Source: Mobula hypostoma (lineage: Eukaryota). From it: a stretch of DNA of 64,000 nt. The position numbers and the translations under genes were made by a program. The notes under the pieces were generated by a model. That model did no database searches. It saw only the letters and a list, made by a program, of their open reading frames with translations, and had not been told where the DNA came from. Of the stretch, positions 1 to 12,420 are shown one piece after another; the first letter of the stretch is position 1; each line of letters starts with the position of its first letter. The stretch covers positions 65,598,001 to 65,662,000 of the forward strand of contig NC_086108.1 in NCBI RefSeq assembly GCF_963921235.1, given 5' to 3'.

Positions 1-385
1 ATTGTAGGCAGTTTCTAGAGTAGGTTATATGGTTGACTCAACACTGTGGGCCAAAGGGCCTGTAATGTGCTGTAAATTTCTATGTTCTATGCTCTATGAT
101 TCAGTTTGGAAGGTCGAACTTGAAGGCAGAATACACCGTTAATGGCAATTTTCTTAAGTGTGTCCAGGATGCTGCTTGGATTAGAAAGCATGTCTTTTTG
201 AAATACCTTTTCCCAGGGAAGAAATGGCAAATACAAGGGGGCATAACTTTAAGGAGTTGGGAGGAGAAGATGGGGGGGAGGTCAGAAGCAGTTTTTTACA
301 TAGAGGCTGGTAGCTGTGTTGAACATGCTGCCAGAGGTGGTGGTAGAGGCAGATACATTAAGGACAGTTAAATAGGCTCATGGAT
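1..385 (+). mobile_element. Decayed CR1-type LINE fragments (3' tail plus RT C-terminal pieces)
   Basis: gggccaaagggcctgtaatgtgctgt...(ctatgtt)-like tail, followed by CR1-like ORF2 remnants. Confidence 0.55.
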
Positions 386-399
386 GAAATAATTTTTTT

Positions 400-1720
400 G
401 CATAATTCTATTAAAACACTGTAAGAGAGGCATTTATGTTATGTACCGTGTAGTCGCAGATCTTTTATCTTGACTGCTTTGGTTAAAGTATTGTTAAACA
501 GACCTTGCACCCCTACTATTGATGGGTACAATTATTCCTCACAAAATTGAGTTTAGACAGTGTTAATTTACTTCCTTTTGTGATTAGGTTAGATTACTGC
601 CCATTATGCTGCTGGCACTTAGGGTAGCAATGAAAGTCCTCCACCTCTCATAGTGTTCAGGGCTTCCTTCATCATGTCAGTAGCTTTCTCTCTATTTTCA
701 CTACTGTCAGTCATGCAAGTCCTGAGTGGAGACCAGGGATACTATTGCACTCAAATGTAAAAGGATTCTTCATTGCTGTTTCCGTAACAATTTTGTTTGA
801 CCAGTCAGGGTTGTTAGCCCTGATCCGAACCCCCGAACCTGGAGGACCGGTGGACCACTCTTAGTCTGGCCTCTACCCTTTGACCTGTTTGGCATGGCTG
901 ATCCTACCAAGAGCCAAAGCGTAAAGCCCTGACTCCACCCAACGTAGCTCTCCGGGTCATTGAGGCACGCAAGCCTCCAAACCATGACAAGGTTGTAGCC
1001 GTTGGAGGTTCCTTTTGTGAAATGGCCTTGTAATCAAAGCTAATGCTGGTTTGATTTGTATTAATTAGAAACCTCAAGCGGACGGCTACCTGAGACAGAA
1101 GGGTTAGATTGATTTTGGAGTGAGTTGGCATAACGTTGCGAGCTGAAGGGCTTATACTGTGCTCTACTGTCAAATGTTCTATGTTCTGGTGGAGTGTCAG
1201 TTAACTATGGGTCAGTCAATGTTATCATCAAAATTAGGTGTGGTTCAAACTCCCTATCAGTATTAATGAGAATTAGATTTCAGAACTTGGTATTTCTGGC
1301 AATAAGCTCTGTGACCTAGTTAATGACAGGAGATTGGCAATGCACAGTTCTTAGGAGACAGGTGAGGGATGACACTTCTATCTTTTTCTTTTTATTCTAT
1401 AATTTTGGCTCGAGGAAAGTAATGCAAGTTTACATTTGAGGGAATTTAGCAAGTTTTGTTTATTTTGGAATAATTCCATGGAAATACCGTAAGGGAGGTA
1501 TTTATGTTATATACTGTGTACTCACAGATCTTTTATCTCAACTACTTTGGTTGAAATGTTGTTAAACAGACCTTGCACCCCTACTGTCTGATGGGTACAA
1601 TTATTCCGCATGAAATTAAGTTTGGACGGTGTTAATCTACTGCCTTTTGTGTAATGGCCTAGAATTCAAAACTACTGCTGGTTTGATTGGTATTAATTAG
1701 CAACCTCAGGTGGAGGCTCG
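400..1720. repeat. Local duplication of about 250 bp: copy 1 ~400-1085 (interrupted by an insertion) and copy 2 ~1468-1715
   Basis: Shared blocks occur in the same order in both copies: cagatcttttatct, ttgttaaacagaccttgcacccctact, gatgggtacaattattcc, aatggcct, tgctggtttgatt, gtattaattag. Confidence 0.85.
584..1008 (-). mobile_element. Short non-autonomous RTE-derived retroposon with a 12-bp TSD
   Basis: TSD TTCCTTTTGTGA at 572-583 and 1009-1020. The minus strand begins with RTE-like 5' UTR (cttgtcatggtttggaggcttgcgtgcctcaatga...) and ends with RTE-like 3' sequence (aggtggaggactttcattgctaccct...gcataatggg) plus a short tail. Confidence 0.7.
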
Positions 1721-2047
1721 GAATAGATTCAATGGAGATAATAGTACAACAATGCATCCTCTTCACGTTGAAACAGAGGTAATAACTGGAGCCAAGTGTG
1801 GCCCACCTGGGCTTGATGATGACACAAACTTACTGAAACAGTAGATGTTTCTTTCTCCAATGGATGGATATATCCCTCACCCGATCAACATAAGCAAGGC
1901 ACAGCGCTGCACAGTCCCTGCTGCAAAAGGATATCATAGAATTGTTCAAGCTTGATTTTCTAAACAGCTTTTTGACTTCATGGTGCAGATGGGGTTGAAG
2001 TGGCCCATAATGAAATGGTTAATTTTAGTAATTGTCACTATGTTCAG

Positions 2048-2146
2048 ATTCTAGATACCACAGGAGCATTGCCCTCCCAAGAACAGACATCCACTCAATT
2101 AGATTTTTCAGATTTCAAGAATGTGCATAATATACTATTGACAAAG
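2048..2146 (+). CDS. patj: PATJ exon: linker plus first beta-strand of the MPDZ-PDZ9-like domain
   Basis: ttcag|ATT...AAG|gtaag, 99 nt, phase 0/0. Translates ILDTTGALPSQEQTSTQLDFSDFKNVHNILLTK, resembling MPDZ DLSSFKNVQHLELPK. The acceptor is less certain than the donor. Confidence 0.75.
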
Positions 2147-2574
2147 GTAAGGAAAATAGAGTAATTCAGTGATTTATAAACTCCTATGACAAAATGGTGC
2201 TTCTTATCCATTGCATGGAATATTCTATATTTTACAATCAAAGCATTGCAATGATGACTTAGTGCAATCTAAAAAAAATGGGCCAGTATTTATGTTTTGC
2301 ATTTTGATTTGGTGTACGTAGGTCAGACTTTGGATAACACCTTATTCTGTATAATTGATGAGATTTAAATAATTAAAATTATATATGCAAAACTGCATTG
2401 TGAACTTTTAACACAGTTAAAAAAGATTACTAGCATTTACATCACAGTTAAAAAAAGATTACTATCGTTTATATCCAAATTCTTAATTTTTTAATGTTAA
2501 ATAACTCACTAAAACTTGCTGACTAAGTTCACACATAATGAATGGCTGCTGGGGCCTGGGAAAGGGACATGGGC

Positions 2575-2767
2575 GAGAAGATCTACAGATGCTGGAAATC
2601 AAAGCAACACACACAAAATGCTGGAGGAACTCAGCAGGTCAGGCAGCGTCTATGGAAAAGAATAAACAGTCGATGTTTCGGGCTGAGTTGGTCTGAAACA
2701 TGGATTGTTATTCTTTTCCATAGACGCAACTTTACCTGCTGAGTTCCTCCAGCATTTTGTGTGTGCT
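2575..2767. mobile_element. Penelope-like pLTR fold-back mini-element
   Basis: Inverted arms cacacaaaatgctggaggaactcagcagg...tctatggaaaagaat and its reverse complement. Flanked by a 15-bp TSD with 2 mismatches (gaaagggacatgggc 2560-2574; gaaaggaacataggc 2768-2782). Confidence 0.75.
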
Positions 2768-4149
2768 GAAAGGAACATAGGCATCAGTAAGAAGTAATAA
2801 TTAATGGAACTGGATAGAGAAACATATAATAAGCTCCATACATTGTGCGTGGTCATTGAATTTGCAGGGGATAATTTGTAAAAAGTTAAAATATGATCTC
2901 CAGATGGAGCTGAACTATTTTTCATTTAAAATGGATTGTTTCTTAATGTAAAACTACTAAGCCAATATTTTCTAATATTTGTATTTTTATTATTTTTAAA
3001 TGATTGAAGAAAATTATCTTCATGAAATAATCAGCACAGAGCCAACAGAATATCCTAGTTTTCATCAATACAGTGTGTTAAATGTTCCAGATGGTTTAAT
3101 GTCAGTGACTACACATCTTCCTTTTGTTGAACTTCAATTCATTTATGAAAGAGTTTGCAGAGATAATTACGGGATTACTCTGGTGGGGATGTAGTACCCA
3201 AAGACCTTGAAACAGGATATAGACTGGCATTTACAAGCAGTTAGTTGCAACTGGCACCTAGATTCCCAAGGTCAGTTTAAAGCTGTAATTATGCATAGAT
3301 CCAGGTGCGGATTTATTTGAGAGCAGGCAGAAAACTAATAGTGCGGGTAAAAAGATTTGCATCTATGGACTTAAACAGATGTGGACAATTAAAGAGCAGT
3401 GTCACAATAATTTGATCAAAATTCTGAATGCTTTTGTAAAAACATCAAATGTGTGTGAAACCATTAGGAACTAGTGCCAAGGCTGTACGAGGAGGAGACT
3501 AGGAAAGGAAACCCAAGCTACAAGCATCATCTGGAGGCAGGTGCTGAAGCAAATTGACACCTGAGCCCCAGTTAATGTGCATCAGTAATGAGCAGCATAA
3601 TGAATTTATTTATTTATTAAAACAGCAGCTCTTTTCCATCTGCGCAAAGAGTGGCTCCAGTGAAGTTAGCTGAAAAAAGAACAGGTTACAGCAGTTATGA
3701 ATTAATTGGGTATGTACATTACTGTAGATGGATATGCATAAGGAATAAATCCGACCTTAAAAAAACAAGCTGTTGATTGCTTATATTTAACTGTTTCATG
3801 CATAGCAAATGCTGTTTTAAAAGAATTTCACTGTTTTAGAAAACTAGATACTCTCTTTGACTCAAGAATGTGGCATCTATTGACTGTCTGTGAACCCATG
3901 GGTACTACCTTAGTTGCCATGATAAAAGTTGGATCTTGTAGTGATGATACTTTTGAGGAGGCGTTTCAGCATTTTTAATCCCAGTAGTATGAAGAAGCAG
4001 AAATTATATTTACAACTTGCATTTGGGGTATTTCCATTCACCTTCAGCTCTTGCCCTCTAGATGGTACATGCCATAGTTTGATGGGCCATTTAGGGAAGG
4101 TGTAAATGCTAGTTAAGTTGGCTGCTCTGTTCTGTATGTTTCAAACTTG

Positions 4150-4575
4150 CTTATGGGAGGGGTGGAGCTGGACAATGGAGGCAGTTCGGCGATAAGCTGA
4201 AGGAGACAATGGGGGAATAAAGGCTGATGGGGAGGGTAGAGAGAGTGAAGTGAGGATGCAAAGGTTATAAATGCTGGAATCTGGCAGTAATGAAGTTGAT
4301 AATGGAAATCATTAAGGAAGTGATGAAGGGCAGATGGGAGAGGGGATCTAATGGATGGAATGTGAGGGCAGTATGAAGATAGAACTAGGAGGGTTAGGAG
4401 GATGAACATGGGCAGTGTTGTCTGGAAAGATGATGCAGGAAAAAAAACAAAATTGGGAGGAGAGAGGTTCATCAAAAGGAGAGAAGTAATGGAACACAGA
4501 GAGTAAGGATTGCCTAATATTGGAAATGCAATGTTCATACCAGTGGTGAAATATGTAGTGTTGTTCTAGTTCCTC
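4150..4575 (-). mobile_element. Old, degenerate Penelope-like 3' fragment
   Basis: Purine-rich tract resembling the reverse complement of the pyrimidine-rich PLE 3' region seen at 7689-8198 and 59800-60120. Confidence 0.35.
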
Positions 4576-4930
4576 TCTCCTTGAATATAGCTCTACTGAC
4601 TCAGACTGCATTAATTTGACTAAACAGTTCATTGTGAACCCTTTACCACAGCCAGCTCAAGAACACCAAGCCAATTTTAGCGTTCCTACTGTTATCTTTG
4701 AGATGAGCTCATTCTTTATTCTGTGAGATATTTTTCCAATGATGATGGAGGTGAATATTAAAGGTTTTCTTAATAATTTGAGCCTTACAGATGCTATAGC
4801 ATATTATTTGGAAAGTTAATTATGGTGTAAAATTGCAAAGGAATATGCGTTCATAGAAATTGAACATCAGTGCTGAGTTATCAGAAGTGGTCCACATCTA
4901 ATATATTGGATCCTGAAATCTAATTTATAG

Positions 4931-5023
4931 GACCAAAGTGGTCTTGGTCTAGCTATCAGTGAAGACAACACAAATGAAGGAGTCATTATTAAAAGCCTCA
5001 CTGACAATGGAGCAGCAATAAAG
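4931..5023 (+). CDS. patj: PATJ exon: GLGL loop of the MPDZ-PDZ9-like domain
   Basis: ttatag|GAC...AAG|gtaag, 93 nt. Translates DQSGLGLAISEDNTNEGVIIKSLTDNGAAIK. Confidence 0.9.
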
Positions 5024-5266
5024 GTAAGCAATTGACTCAAATAACTTTGCATTGTAAGCACTTTCTGTCTTTTGGACAATTAATTCTCTGAGTTTTCATT
5101 CTTTTTTCAACAATATTGATAACACATTTTAATGTTTCCAAGAGTCAATGGCACTGGCAATCATAAATTGTTTTAAAATAGCCATTCCCAAAATCTAAGG
5201 GAGGCGGTTATATGTGCCCTAATTTTATAGCTTCAGACAGAAAATAAGCTTGAACAATGAATGATT

Positions 5267-5793
5267 GACATTGAAGGGATAAAACCGAAGCTTAAGTTGA
5301 ATAAATATCAGAAAGAATTTATAAAAATTGCATTGGCAGTAGCCAAAAAGGCTATTGCAGTTACTTGGAAATCGGATTCGTATTTAAGTATGGATCATTG
5401 GAATAATGAAATCTTTAGCTGTATTCTACTTGAAAAAATTACTTACAATTTAAGGAATAAATATGATACATTTTTGAGTATTTGACACCCTTATTTACAA
5501 AAGATAGGATTGTATATATAGGTGCTCCGATGATAAAGGTGTTGGTCCTTTGGGGAAAGAATCAAATACATATATTAAATTTATTTCGAATCCCATGGAG
5601 CATGTGGAGACTTTCCAATATCCAGGCAGTCTTTCTATCTTTTTTTCTTTCTTTTCATTTTCTCTGTTTTTTCCCCTCTTTTTTTCTTTTAGGTAGGGGT
5701 ATGTAACCAGGGTAAGGGTTAAGGGGAGGGGGGAGGGTAGATATTATTCTATGTATCAAGTTTGAAAATTGAATAAAAGAAATTTTAAAAAAG
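5267..5793 (+). mobile_element. 5'-truncated L1/Tx1-like LINE 3' end
   Basis: ORF2 C-terminal-like AKKAIAVTWK...W...EKITY...F, then a 3' UTR, AATAAA and an A-rich tail. 11-bp TSD AATGAATGATT at 5256-5266 and 5794-5804. Confidence 0.75.
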
Positions 5794-7596
5794 AATGAAT
5801 GATTTAAGAGTTTATGAAAATATTAAAATGATTTAGCTTAGTGTACTGTAACCTGTGTAAAACCAATATTTAATTGCCATTTTCAGATGGATGCATTGAT
5901 AAAGCAACTTACATTTATATACCACTATTAATATCCCAAGGTGCTTTACATGGATGTTGGGAAAGAACTAGATGTTGAACCAAGGAGGGAGACATGCAGA
6001 GAACTGATCACAATCTTGATCTAAGAGATGGGATTTTAAATGGTTTCTTATTCAAGGGGGAAAGATTGAGAGGCTCAGGAAGAACGTTGCAGAATGCGGA
6101 ATAAAAGTAGCTGAAGGATGGTACATCAATTCTGATGCAACAAAAACGTAGTCAGTAGACTAATACAAACATTTACAGTTACATTTAGAGAAATGGACTA
6201 TTGTTATAGTGCTGTCAATGGTGGTGAACTTAAGAAAATTTAAAGATCTGGTAAGGGCTTTATTATTTCAGGCATGGTTATATCAAGAGCCAGTGTAGAT
6301 CAACAAATGCAAAGAATGTGAAAATCTATGAAGTATGTGGAATGGGAGCCCAGTTTAGCATTGGAATAATCAAATCTCAAAGAGGCAAATGCAAGAAAGA
6401 GAGTGTCAAGGGTTAGTAGAGTGATATCAGGATGGAAGTTGGGAGATAATATAAAGGTAAAAGTACACAGTCTTTACAAAAGCTCTCAGTTACCAACAGT
6501 TTGGTTTGCCAGCAACATTGGCAAGGGAAGAGTATGTGGTTTCTGTTGGAATACCAAAGTAATTGCTTTAATTAATCCTGATTTCTAGCTGGAGGTGATT
6601 GTGCCTCAACCAAGTTTGAAGATTAGGCAAATTCTTTGAAAATGTAGGTTAGGGTTTTAGCAGCATAGTGGATATGTTGTGGATTATTAGTGTAGAAACA
6701 CAAATTCAATTTCTAATGTGACAGGTGGAGAATGTCTATTCAAGTAAATAAATCTGGAATTTAAAATTGTCTAGTGTCAGGAACATTAACGATAAAGTTA
6801 AAAGCCTGCCTTGTTTATACCCACCTGATTTTATGGAAGGAAGTTGGTGACCCCTGCTTGGTGTGACTGGACAAATTTCAGTAGCCACCGCCACCCCCCG
6901 CACCCCCCACACCAACACCACTCATCCCAGACAGTTCTTCTCGTATACCTATTTACTTGTTATGCATCACATTTAATATAGTACTTCACCATTTGGTGGT
7001 TACTTTTCCCTTGAGGATCCCAAAATATGAAATTACTATTAACTAATCATGTGATTACACAAGGCAATGACTAAAATAATCTTTGTTTCTTAGATGGTTT
7101 CCTGAATTTTTGCTGCAGGAAATTCTCTTGAATGCATTCTTTGAACTTTTCCTTCAAACTGGTTTACTCAGTTTAATTTTCCTAATCATTATGAAGATAC
7201 ACGTCCCTCCTGTACAGTTACTGGATAACATTTGCGACAAGCTGTTCATTTTTTTAATTACATGCTCTCACAAGAAGTGGTTCTGCTAGTAGGGAGCCTA
7301 TAAATTACTTCCACATGTTTTTATACCTAGATGTCATTTAACTCAATCCATTTTAATTTGATCACTTTTTCTCCCAGTCAGGTTCAGTCCATACAATTTG
7401 CTTGTGTAAGTGTTTATTAACATTGGCTCTTTTCTCCTCACCTCCCCCCACATCTCAGAACAATAATTTTATCCTCGCTGTTACCCTTACTGCAGTTAAA
7501 GGCCACAATAAGGCACAGTTTTCTTTTTCAAAATATGGTTGTGACATCTTCAGTAAAACTAATCTTATACAAATTTATTACAATTTATCCTTTTAG

Positions 7597-7671
7597 GATG
7601 GAAGAATCAAAGTAGGGGATAGAATCCTGGCTGTGGATGATGAGATTGTAGTGGCACAACCTCCCGAAAAG
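7597..7671 (+). CDS. patj: PATJ exon: PDZ core (DGRIKVGD)
   Basis: ttttag|GAT...AAG|gtaat, 75 nt. Translates DGRIKVGDRILAVDDEIVVAQPPEK. Confidence 0.9.
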
Positions 7672-7688
7672 GTAATCATATTATTTGT

Positions 7689-8198
7689 CCATCCATGGCT
7701 TCCTCCACTGTCGCGATAAAGCCACACTTAGGTTGGAGGAACAACACCTTATATTCTGTTTGGGTAGCCTCCAATCTGATGGCATGACCATCGATTTCTC
7801 AAACTTCCAATAATACCTCCCCCTCTCCCTTCACCATTTCCAGTCCCCTTTTCCCTCTCTCATGTTATCTCCTTGCCTGCCATCACCTCCCTCTGGTGCT
7901 TCTTCCCACCCCCCACCCCCTTTTTTCTTTCTTCCATGGATTTCTGTGTCTTTCACCAATCAACTTCCTAGCTCTGCTTCATCCCTTTCCCTCCAAGTTT
8001 CACCTAACATCTGGTTATTGTCTCTTCCCTCCCCCCACATTTCAAATCTACTCCTCAGCTTTTTTTCTCCAGAACTGCCAATGGGCTTCGGCCCGAAACG
8101 TCGACTACTCTTTCCATGGATGCTGCCTGGCCTGCTGAGCTCCTCCAGCATTTTGTGTGTGTTACTCGGATTTCCAGCATCTGCAGATTTTCTCTTAT
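7689..8198 (+). mobile_element. 5'-truncated Penelope-like element (end of GIY-YIG ORF, pLTR and tail)
   Basis: Matches 59655-60225 (aggttggaggaacaacaccttatattc...; gcccgaaacgtcgact; gatgctgcctggcctgctgag). 13-bp TSD TCATATTATTTGT at 7676-7688 and 8199-8211. Confidence 0.8.
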
Positions 8199-8709
8199 TC
8201 ATATTATTTGTTGACATGTTAGACCCTGCAGTCCTCTTGGTCGGCATTTTCTACTGCTTTAGAATGATTTTCATTGACCAGGGTCCCAAACATCTTATTT
8301 ATTTATGATTTCTGAGTAATCTCTCCGAATGAAGTAGCCACTGAGTGTATGTCATGCATAATGATTCATTAACTGGAGAATATGAAAGACTTGAAATTTT
8401 ACAGTTGTTTCATAATCCTCCTACCATAACTCTGAGGGTGAGGCAAAGTGAAACCCCAGGGAAACAACAAAGGTCCTGTAATATACTCCATGCCTCTGCC
8501 TTTCCAGGAGCTATTCCCCTACCTTTCATTAAACAGAACAGCCTTCAGGATATTTCCATGTTTAATTCCTGCAGACAGTTTTATAAAATTAAGCATCTTA
8601 CTCTCAGTGCTTCAATTTTATTGCTTGAAATACGCTGACAGAAAGTTAAGATATAAATGATGAGTTGATTTAACGGTATAGGGAACTGGCTATTCAGCAC
8701 ATAAACATA

Positions 8710-9266
8710 CACTCAGTGGACAATTTATTAGGTTCACGCGTACACCTGCTCATTACTACAGATAATCTATCAACCAATCATGTACCAGAAACTCAATGCA
8801 TAAAAGCATGCAAGCATGGTCAAGAGGTTCAGTTGTTGTTCAGACCAAACATCAGAATGGGGAAGAAATGTGACCTAAGTGGCTTTGACTATAGAATTAT
8901 TGTTGGTGCCTGATAGGGTGTTTTGAGTATCTCAGTAACTGCTGATCTGTTGGGATTTTTACATACAACAGTCTCGAGAGTTTACTGAGAATGGTGCAAA
9001 GAAACAAAAAAAAACATCCACTAAGTGGCAGTTCTGTAGGTGAAAATACCTTGTTGATGAGAGAGGTTGGAGGAGGTTCAAGCTGACAGAAAGGGAACAG
9101 TAACTCAAATTACAGGTTAAAACAGTGGTGTGCAGAAGAGCATCTCTGAGTGTACAGCACATTGAATCTTGAAGTGGAAGGGCTACGGCAGCAGAAGATC
9201 ATGAGCATACACTCAATGGCCACTTCTATTAAGTACAGGAGTAGCTAATAAAGTGGCTATTAAATG
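8710..9266 (+). mobile_element. Non-autonomous Tc1-like element
   Basis: TA-flanked TIR cactcagtgg(c)cactttattagg, with a transposase N-terminal remnant MGKKCDLSGFD. Same family as 44606-45154. Confidence 0.7.
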
Positions 9267-9449
9267 TAGGAGTTTATAATATAGTATGAGGGTTTTTACA
9301 CATAGCTTGCTGATACAGATGGGCAAGGTGAAGCAGAATGCTGCCAAAGTTAATATGATGAAACTACAAAGGTTGTCCTTCACCAGTTGTTCATAGTCAA
9401 AAAAATATTGAGTGCTATGGTATTGTAAGCAATTTATAAAATTAAGATT

Positions 9450-10035
9450 GTTTTCATAAATCAGAGCATTGACTACAAGAGGTAGGATGTTATGTTAAAA
9501 ATGTTAAGTATAAAATGTTGGTGGAGTATTGTGTGCTGTTCTGGTCACCTACGTACAGAGAAGATATCAGTAAGTTTGAAAGAGTGCAGAGAAAATTTAC
9601 GCAGATGTTGCTGGGACTTGAGGACCTGAGTTATAAGGAAAGATTGAATAGGTTAGGACTTTATTCCATAGACCTTTGGCGAATCAGTGAAGATCTTAAA
9701 GAGGTATACAAAATGCTGAAGGGTATAAGTAGAGTAAATACATTCAGGCTTTGTTCCCTGAGGTTGGGTGAGACTTATAACTAGAGGTCGAAGGTTTAGG
9801 GTGAAAGGTGAAATATTTAAGGAGAACTTGAGAGAGAATTTCATCACTCAGAAGGTGATGTGAGTGTGAAACAAGATGCCGGCAGAGGTGGAGAATTGCA
9901 ACATTTAAGAGAAGGTTGGATAGGTGTGTGTGGGGTAGAGAGAGATATGGAGGGCTGTGGTCCAGATACAAGAAGATGGGACGAGTCAGCCTGGTCTGGA
10001 GGGGCCAAAGGGCCTTTTTCTTTGACTCTATAACC
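9450..10035 (+). mobile_element. CR1 LINE 3' fragment
   Basis: EYCVLFWSP...ERVQRKFT...LSYKERLNRLGLYS, followed by a CR1-type tail. Confidence 0.8.
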
Positions 10036-10316
10036 ATGACAAAGAAATTAATGTTGGGAAGGAAATGTTCTTCCTATTTTGAGTTTTCAGCTTGATTTAA
10101 TACAATCAGGCTGGAACAATTTTAACTTTAACTCATCTTGAACTGTATGAATTTGAATTAAACTGACAGTAAGATCTATCATTACTAATTAAATTTCAAC
10201 AGGCAATGTAATTTCATTTTCCCTAATAGTTCACTGAAAATTTGAATCTGGTTTTGCATTTTAATAATAAATGCAAACTGAATAAATTGTTTCAGTAAAT
10301 TGATATCTTGAATATT

Positions 10317-12420
10317 TTAGATTAGATTAGATTAGGTTCAACTTTATTGTCGTTGTGCTGAGTACAGATACAAAGCCAATGAAATGCAATTAGCATCTAA
10401 CCAGAAATGCAAAGAAGTGTTAGTTACAAAATAACTGCGAATAAAAAGTAAGTGCTACAGCACACAAATATAAAAGTACCGAGACAGTACAATATGGGTG
10501 CAATACTGCTTAGCGTTGTGATGAGAGACTCTTCCTGTGCCTGCTGGTGCGGGAGCGGAAGAGAGTAAAAAGTCCATGGTTAGGGTAAGATGCATCCTTG
10601 ATAATGCTTTTCACCCTGCCCAGGCAGCATTTATGGTAGATGTTCTCAATGGTGGGCAATTGGGTGCCGATAATCTGCTGGGCAGTTTTCACCATACGCT
10701 GGAGTGCTTTGCGGTCCAATACAGGACAATTGCCATACCACACTGAGATGCAGTTGGTGAGTATGCTCTCAATGGTACAGCGGTAAAAGTCCGTCAGTGT
10801 CCTGGGACTGAGGTGAGCTTTCTTGATGCTCCGCAGGAAATAAAGGCGCTGTTGTGCCTTTTTGATCGGGATGGAAGAGTTCAGGGACCAGGTGAGATCC
10901 TTGGAAATGTGGACACCAAGGAATTTGAAGCTTGATACACGCTCCACTACAGCTCCGTTGATGTAGATGGGGACATGAGTGTGGCTCCTAGCATGCCTGA
11001 AGTCCACAATGATCTCCTTGGTCTTCTGGGTGTTAAAGGCCAGGTTGTTATCGGCACATTGCACAGCCAGGTGCTGGACCTCGTCCCTGTAGGCCGGCTC
11101 GTCATCCCCTCTGATCAGGCCAACCACCGTGGTGTCATCTGCGAACTTGATTATGGAGTTAGATCCATGTTCTGGAACGTAGTCATAGGTGAAAAGGGAG
11201 TACAGAAGAGGGCTCAGCACACAGCCTTGAGGCACGCTGGTGATCAAGGTGAGAGTGGAGGAGGAGAGGTTGTCTAACCTAACTGATTGGGGTCTGTTAG
11301 TCAGGAAGTCCAAGGTCCAATTGCAGGGGGATGAACTGATACCAAGCTGGTGAAGTTTGGCGATCAGCTTGGAGGGAATCACAGTATTGAATGCCGAACT
11401 AAAGTCAATGAACACCATTCTGATGTAAGAGTTAGGGCTGTCCAGGTGGGTCAGGGCAGAGTGAAGTGCCGTGAAGATGATGTCCTCTGTTGACCTGTTG
11501 TTGTGATAGGCAAATTGATGGGGGTCCAGGGTAGTGGGCAGACAGAATTTCAGATGTGATAGAACCAGTCTCTCAAAGCACTTTGCAATGATGGGGGTGA
11601 GTGCAACTGGGTGGAAGTCATTCAGGCCCGTGGCAGTGGAATGATTCAGCACTGGCACGATGGTGGCAATCTTGAAGCTTGTGGGGACAACTGCCTGGGC
11701 CAGGGACAAATTGAAAATGTCCGTGAAGACCCCGGCCAACTGCCCTGCACAGACTCAGAGCACACGGCCAGGTATTCCATCCGGACCAGCTGCCTTCTGT
11801 ACATTCACCCTACTCAGGATGGCGCAAACATCAGAGGTGGAAAGTGAGAGAGGCAGTTCACCAGGTGGGAGATCCGCTTTGAGGGTGACCTCCTTGTTCT
11901 CTTGGTGAAAGTGAGCGTAGAAGTAATTGAGCTCATCAGGGAGTGAAGCAGAGCTGGAAAGGGGCACAGTACTGGGTGGTTTAAAGTCTGTAATGACCTG
12001 TACGCCATGCCACATGCGCCGGGGGTCCGAGGAGTTGAAATGCTCCTCGATTCTCTGTTTGTATATGTGTTTAGCCTGAGAGATTCCCCTTCTCAGGTTG
12101 GCCCTGGCTGAGCTGTAAGCTTCCCGGTCTCCAGACCTGAAGACTGAATCTCTGGCGAACCTCTCTGTTCATCCATCGTTTCTGACTGGGGAAAAGTTTT
12201 ATTTGTTTTTGTGATGTCACTCTATCTACACACTTGTTGGTGTGCTCAAGGACAGAGTTGGTGTATAAATCAATGTTAATCTGAGAGTCTCTGGTGGCAT
12301 GAGCAGCAAACGCGCTCCAGTCTGTGTGCTGGAATTGGTGCTGAAGAGCAGAGTCAGCCCCCTCCAGCCAGATCTTAATAGTCTTCATTGTGGGTTTCAC
12401 ACGTTTAATGACCGGGCTAT
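10317..12420 (-). mobile_element. Rex1/Babar-type LINE, 5'-truncated
   Basis: RT ORF 10510-11739 has Rex1-type motifs ([55 protein letters not shown]). Upstream remnants are broken by stops or frameshifts. AATAAA and a (TCTAA)n tail lie at ~10317-10347. Confidence 0.9.
10510..11739 (-). pseudogene. Rex1/Babar reverse transcriptase remnant (409-aa open frame)
   Basis: The ORF track shows [13 protein letters not shown] and FADD motifs. The endonuclease domain is absent. Confidence 0.85.

Noticed and set aside
1727..1778. Possible extra exon (ag|A TTC AAT...ACA GAG|gtaata; FNGDNSTTMHPLHVETE)
   Set aside because: The phase would fit, but there is no polypyrimidine tract and no similarity to the expected NEDAVNQMAV exon.
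2412..2474. 31-bp tandem duplication (also a 13-mer repeat at ~23132-23167 and a TAA-rich patch at ~35865-35910)
   Set aside because: These are ordinary slippage repeats.
2605..2767. Hairpin as a microRNA gene
   Set aside because: It is fully explained as a PLE fold-back with a TSD, and there is no expression evidence.
3000..3194. 64-aa ORF and the many other 60-120 aa ORFs in the track
   Set aside because: They have no recognisable motifs or splice context. They are intronic noise or antisense frames of TEs.
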